DNA of 64,000 bases, from contig CAYPQZ010000008.1 in NCBI GenBank assembly GCA_964413015.1, positions 111,626 through 175,625 on the forward strand, given 5' to 3'. The position numbers and the translations under genes are program-made. This stretch comes from an uncultured Candidatus Saccharibacteria bacterium. Lineage in GTDB: Bacteria; Patescibacteriota; Minisyncoccia; Portnoybacterales; UBA2143. Under the pieces are notes generated by a model. That model was given only the letters and a program-made list of their open reading frames with translations, searched no databases and was not told the origin of the DNA. Positions 63,509 through 64,000 of the stretch are shown here, in pieces. Every line of letters begins with the position of its first letter. The first letter of the stretch is position 1.

Positions 63509-64000
63509 AGTTTGAATAAAAAAATACTATTTTCAACAATTATTATAATTATTTTTATAGTTGCCATATTTGTGGGAGCATTTTTTTATCTGCCTGAAGA
63601 GCAAATTCCATCAGATATTTCTCAGAAAACAGATAAGGAAAAATGCTTAGAAGATGTGGCTCAAATGACCGACCAAGAATTAATTAACGAAGTCAAGAAT
63701 TTAAAAGATCCATATGGAGAAACGGGTATTGTTGGCAGCGATGGCATTCCCAAAGATAGAATGTCCTGGGCCCAAAATCAAATGTCTCGATATCTAATTT
63801 GCAAATTGAGGATTAATTCTAATAATGAAGATGTTTATAATAGAGCAAAAAAGTTTATCGATGAATCAGGCTTTGAAGAAGAATACGAAGACAATAAACA
63901 GATTTATTTGTCCAAACTGGAAAGAGCGCGTTCTGTTCCTGTAGAAAACTCTTTTAATATACAGCTGGCCCTAGGCGATTTAGATGAAATCTGTCCCAAT
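63509..64000 (+). CDS. hypothetical membrane-anchored protein (5' part, runs off the window)
   Basis: ATG at 63509, N-terminal TM, open frame to the window end. It is absent from the ORF track only because no stop is seen. Confidence 0.45.

Noticed and set aside
63138-63539. Minus-strand ORFs (His/Gly/Asn-rich, Met/Gly/Thr-rich) and a second plus-frame ORF over the repeat array
   Set aside because: These are alternative-frame or antisense readings of the 9-bp tandem repeat. Only the plus frame, which starts with a leader and follows the radical-SAM gene, is credible.
1-64000. CRISPR arrays, rRNA genes, prophage or IS transposase genes
   Set aside because: There are no spaced direct-repeat arrays, no 16S/23S/5S-like segments and no transposase or phage structural homologs. 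The only recombinase is a Xer-like tyrosine recombinase with housekeeping-like context.

Overview
This is a low-GC, densely coded bacterial fragment whose gene content resembles a Candidate Phyla Radiation (Patescibacteria-like) genome. Evidence for that: a short IF-2, a short ValRS, a complete type IV pilus/competence cluster (comF, pilM/N/O, pilB, pilT, pilC, two pilins, pilD, a CheY-like receiver) and no classical respiratory chain. There are 18 tRNA genes with no rRNA and no CRISPR. Housekeeping genes seen: rpmB, htrA, rbfA, infB, murC, rplS, an rluA-family gene, ftsH, an S1-domain protein, gyrA, valS, tsaD and recG. The most notable content is listed below.
1. At the 3' end (61.3-63.5 kb) a radical-SAM/SPASM enzyme sits next to a leader-bearing peptide made of about 30 tandem Ser-His-Gly/Ser triplets. 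This looks like a His-Xaa-Ser repeat peptide-modification locus, a RiPP-like system with no known product.
2. Two small YhbQ-like GIY-YIG nuclease genes each lie 2-7 bp upstream of a tRNA-Ser gene. These are combined with a 45-bp double-hairpin repeat downstream of all three tRNA-Ser genes and a 36-nt duplication of a tRNA-Ser 5' half ending in the anticodon.
3. A 14-gene Mrp/Mbh-type membrane complex (14.2-21.9 kb) whose NuoD-like and NuoB-like subunits have lost the [NiFe]/Fe-S cysteine ligands (Ehr-like). It is preceded by a CsoR-family repressor with a perfect palindromic operator and a thioredoxin::FTR-catalytic-domain fusion.
4. A perfect palindrome AAGGACnGTCCTT recurs 6-10 nt upstream of several start codons.
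5. A family of GCCCCGTAGARAAAYTT inverted-repeat mini-elements.
6. A roughly 90-nt non-coding element present in two copies.
7. A GC-rich structured intergenic region that may be an ncRNA.
8. A tRNA-Ile with a UAU anticodon.
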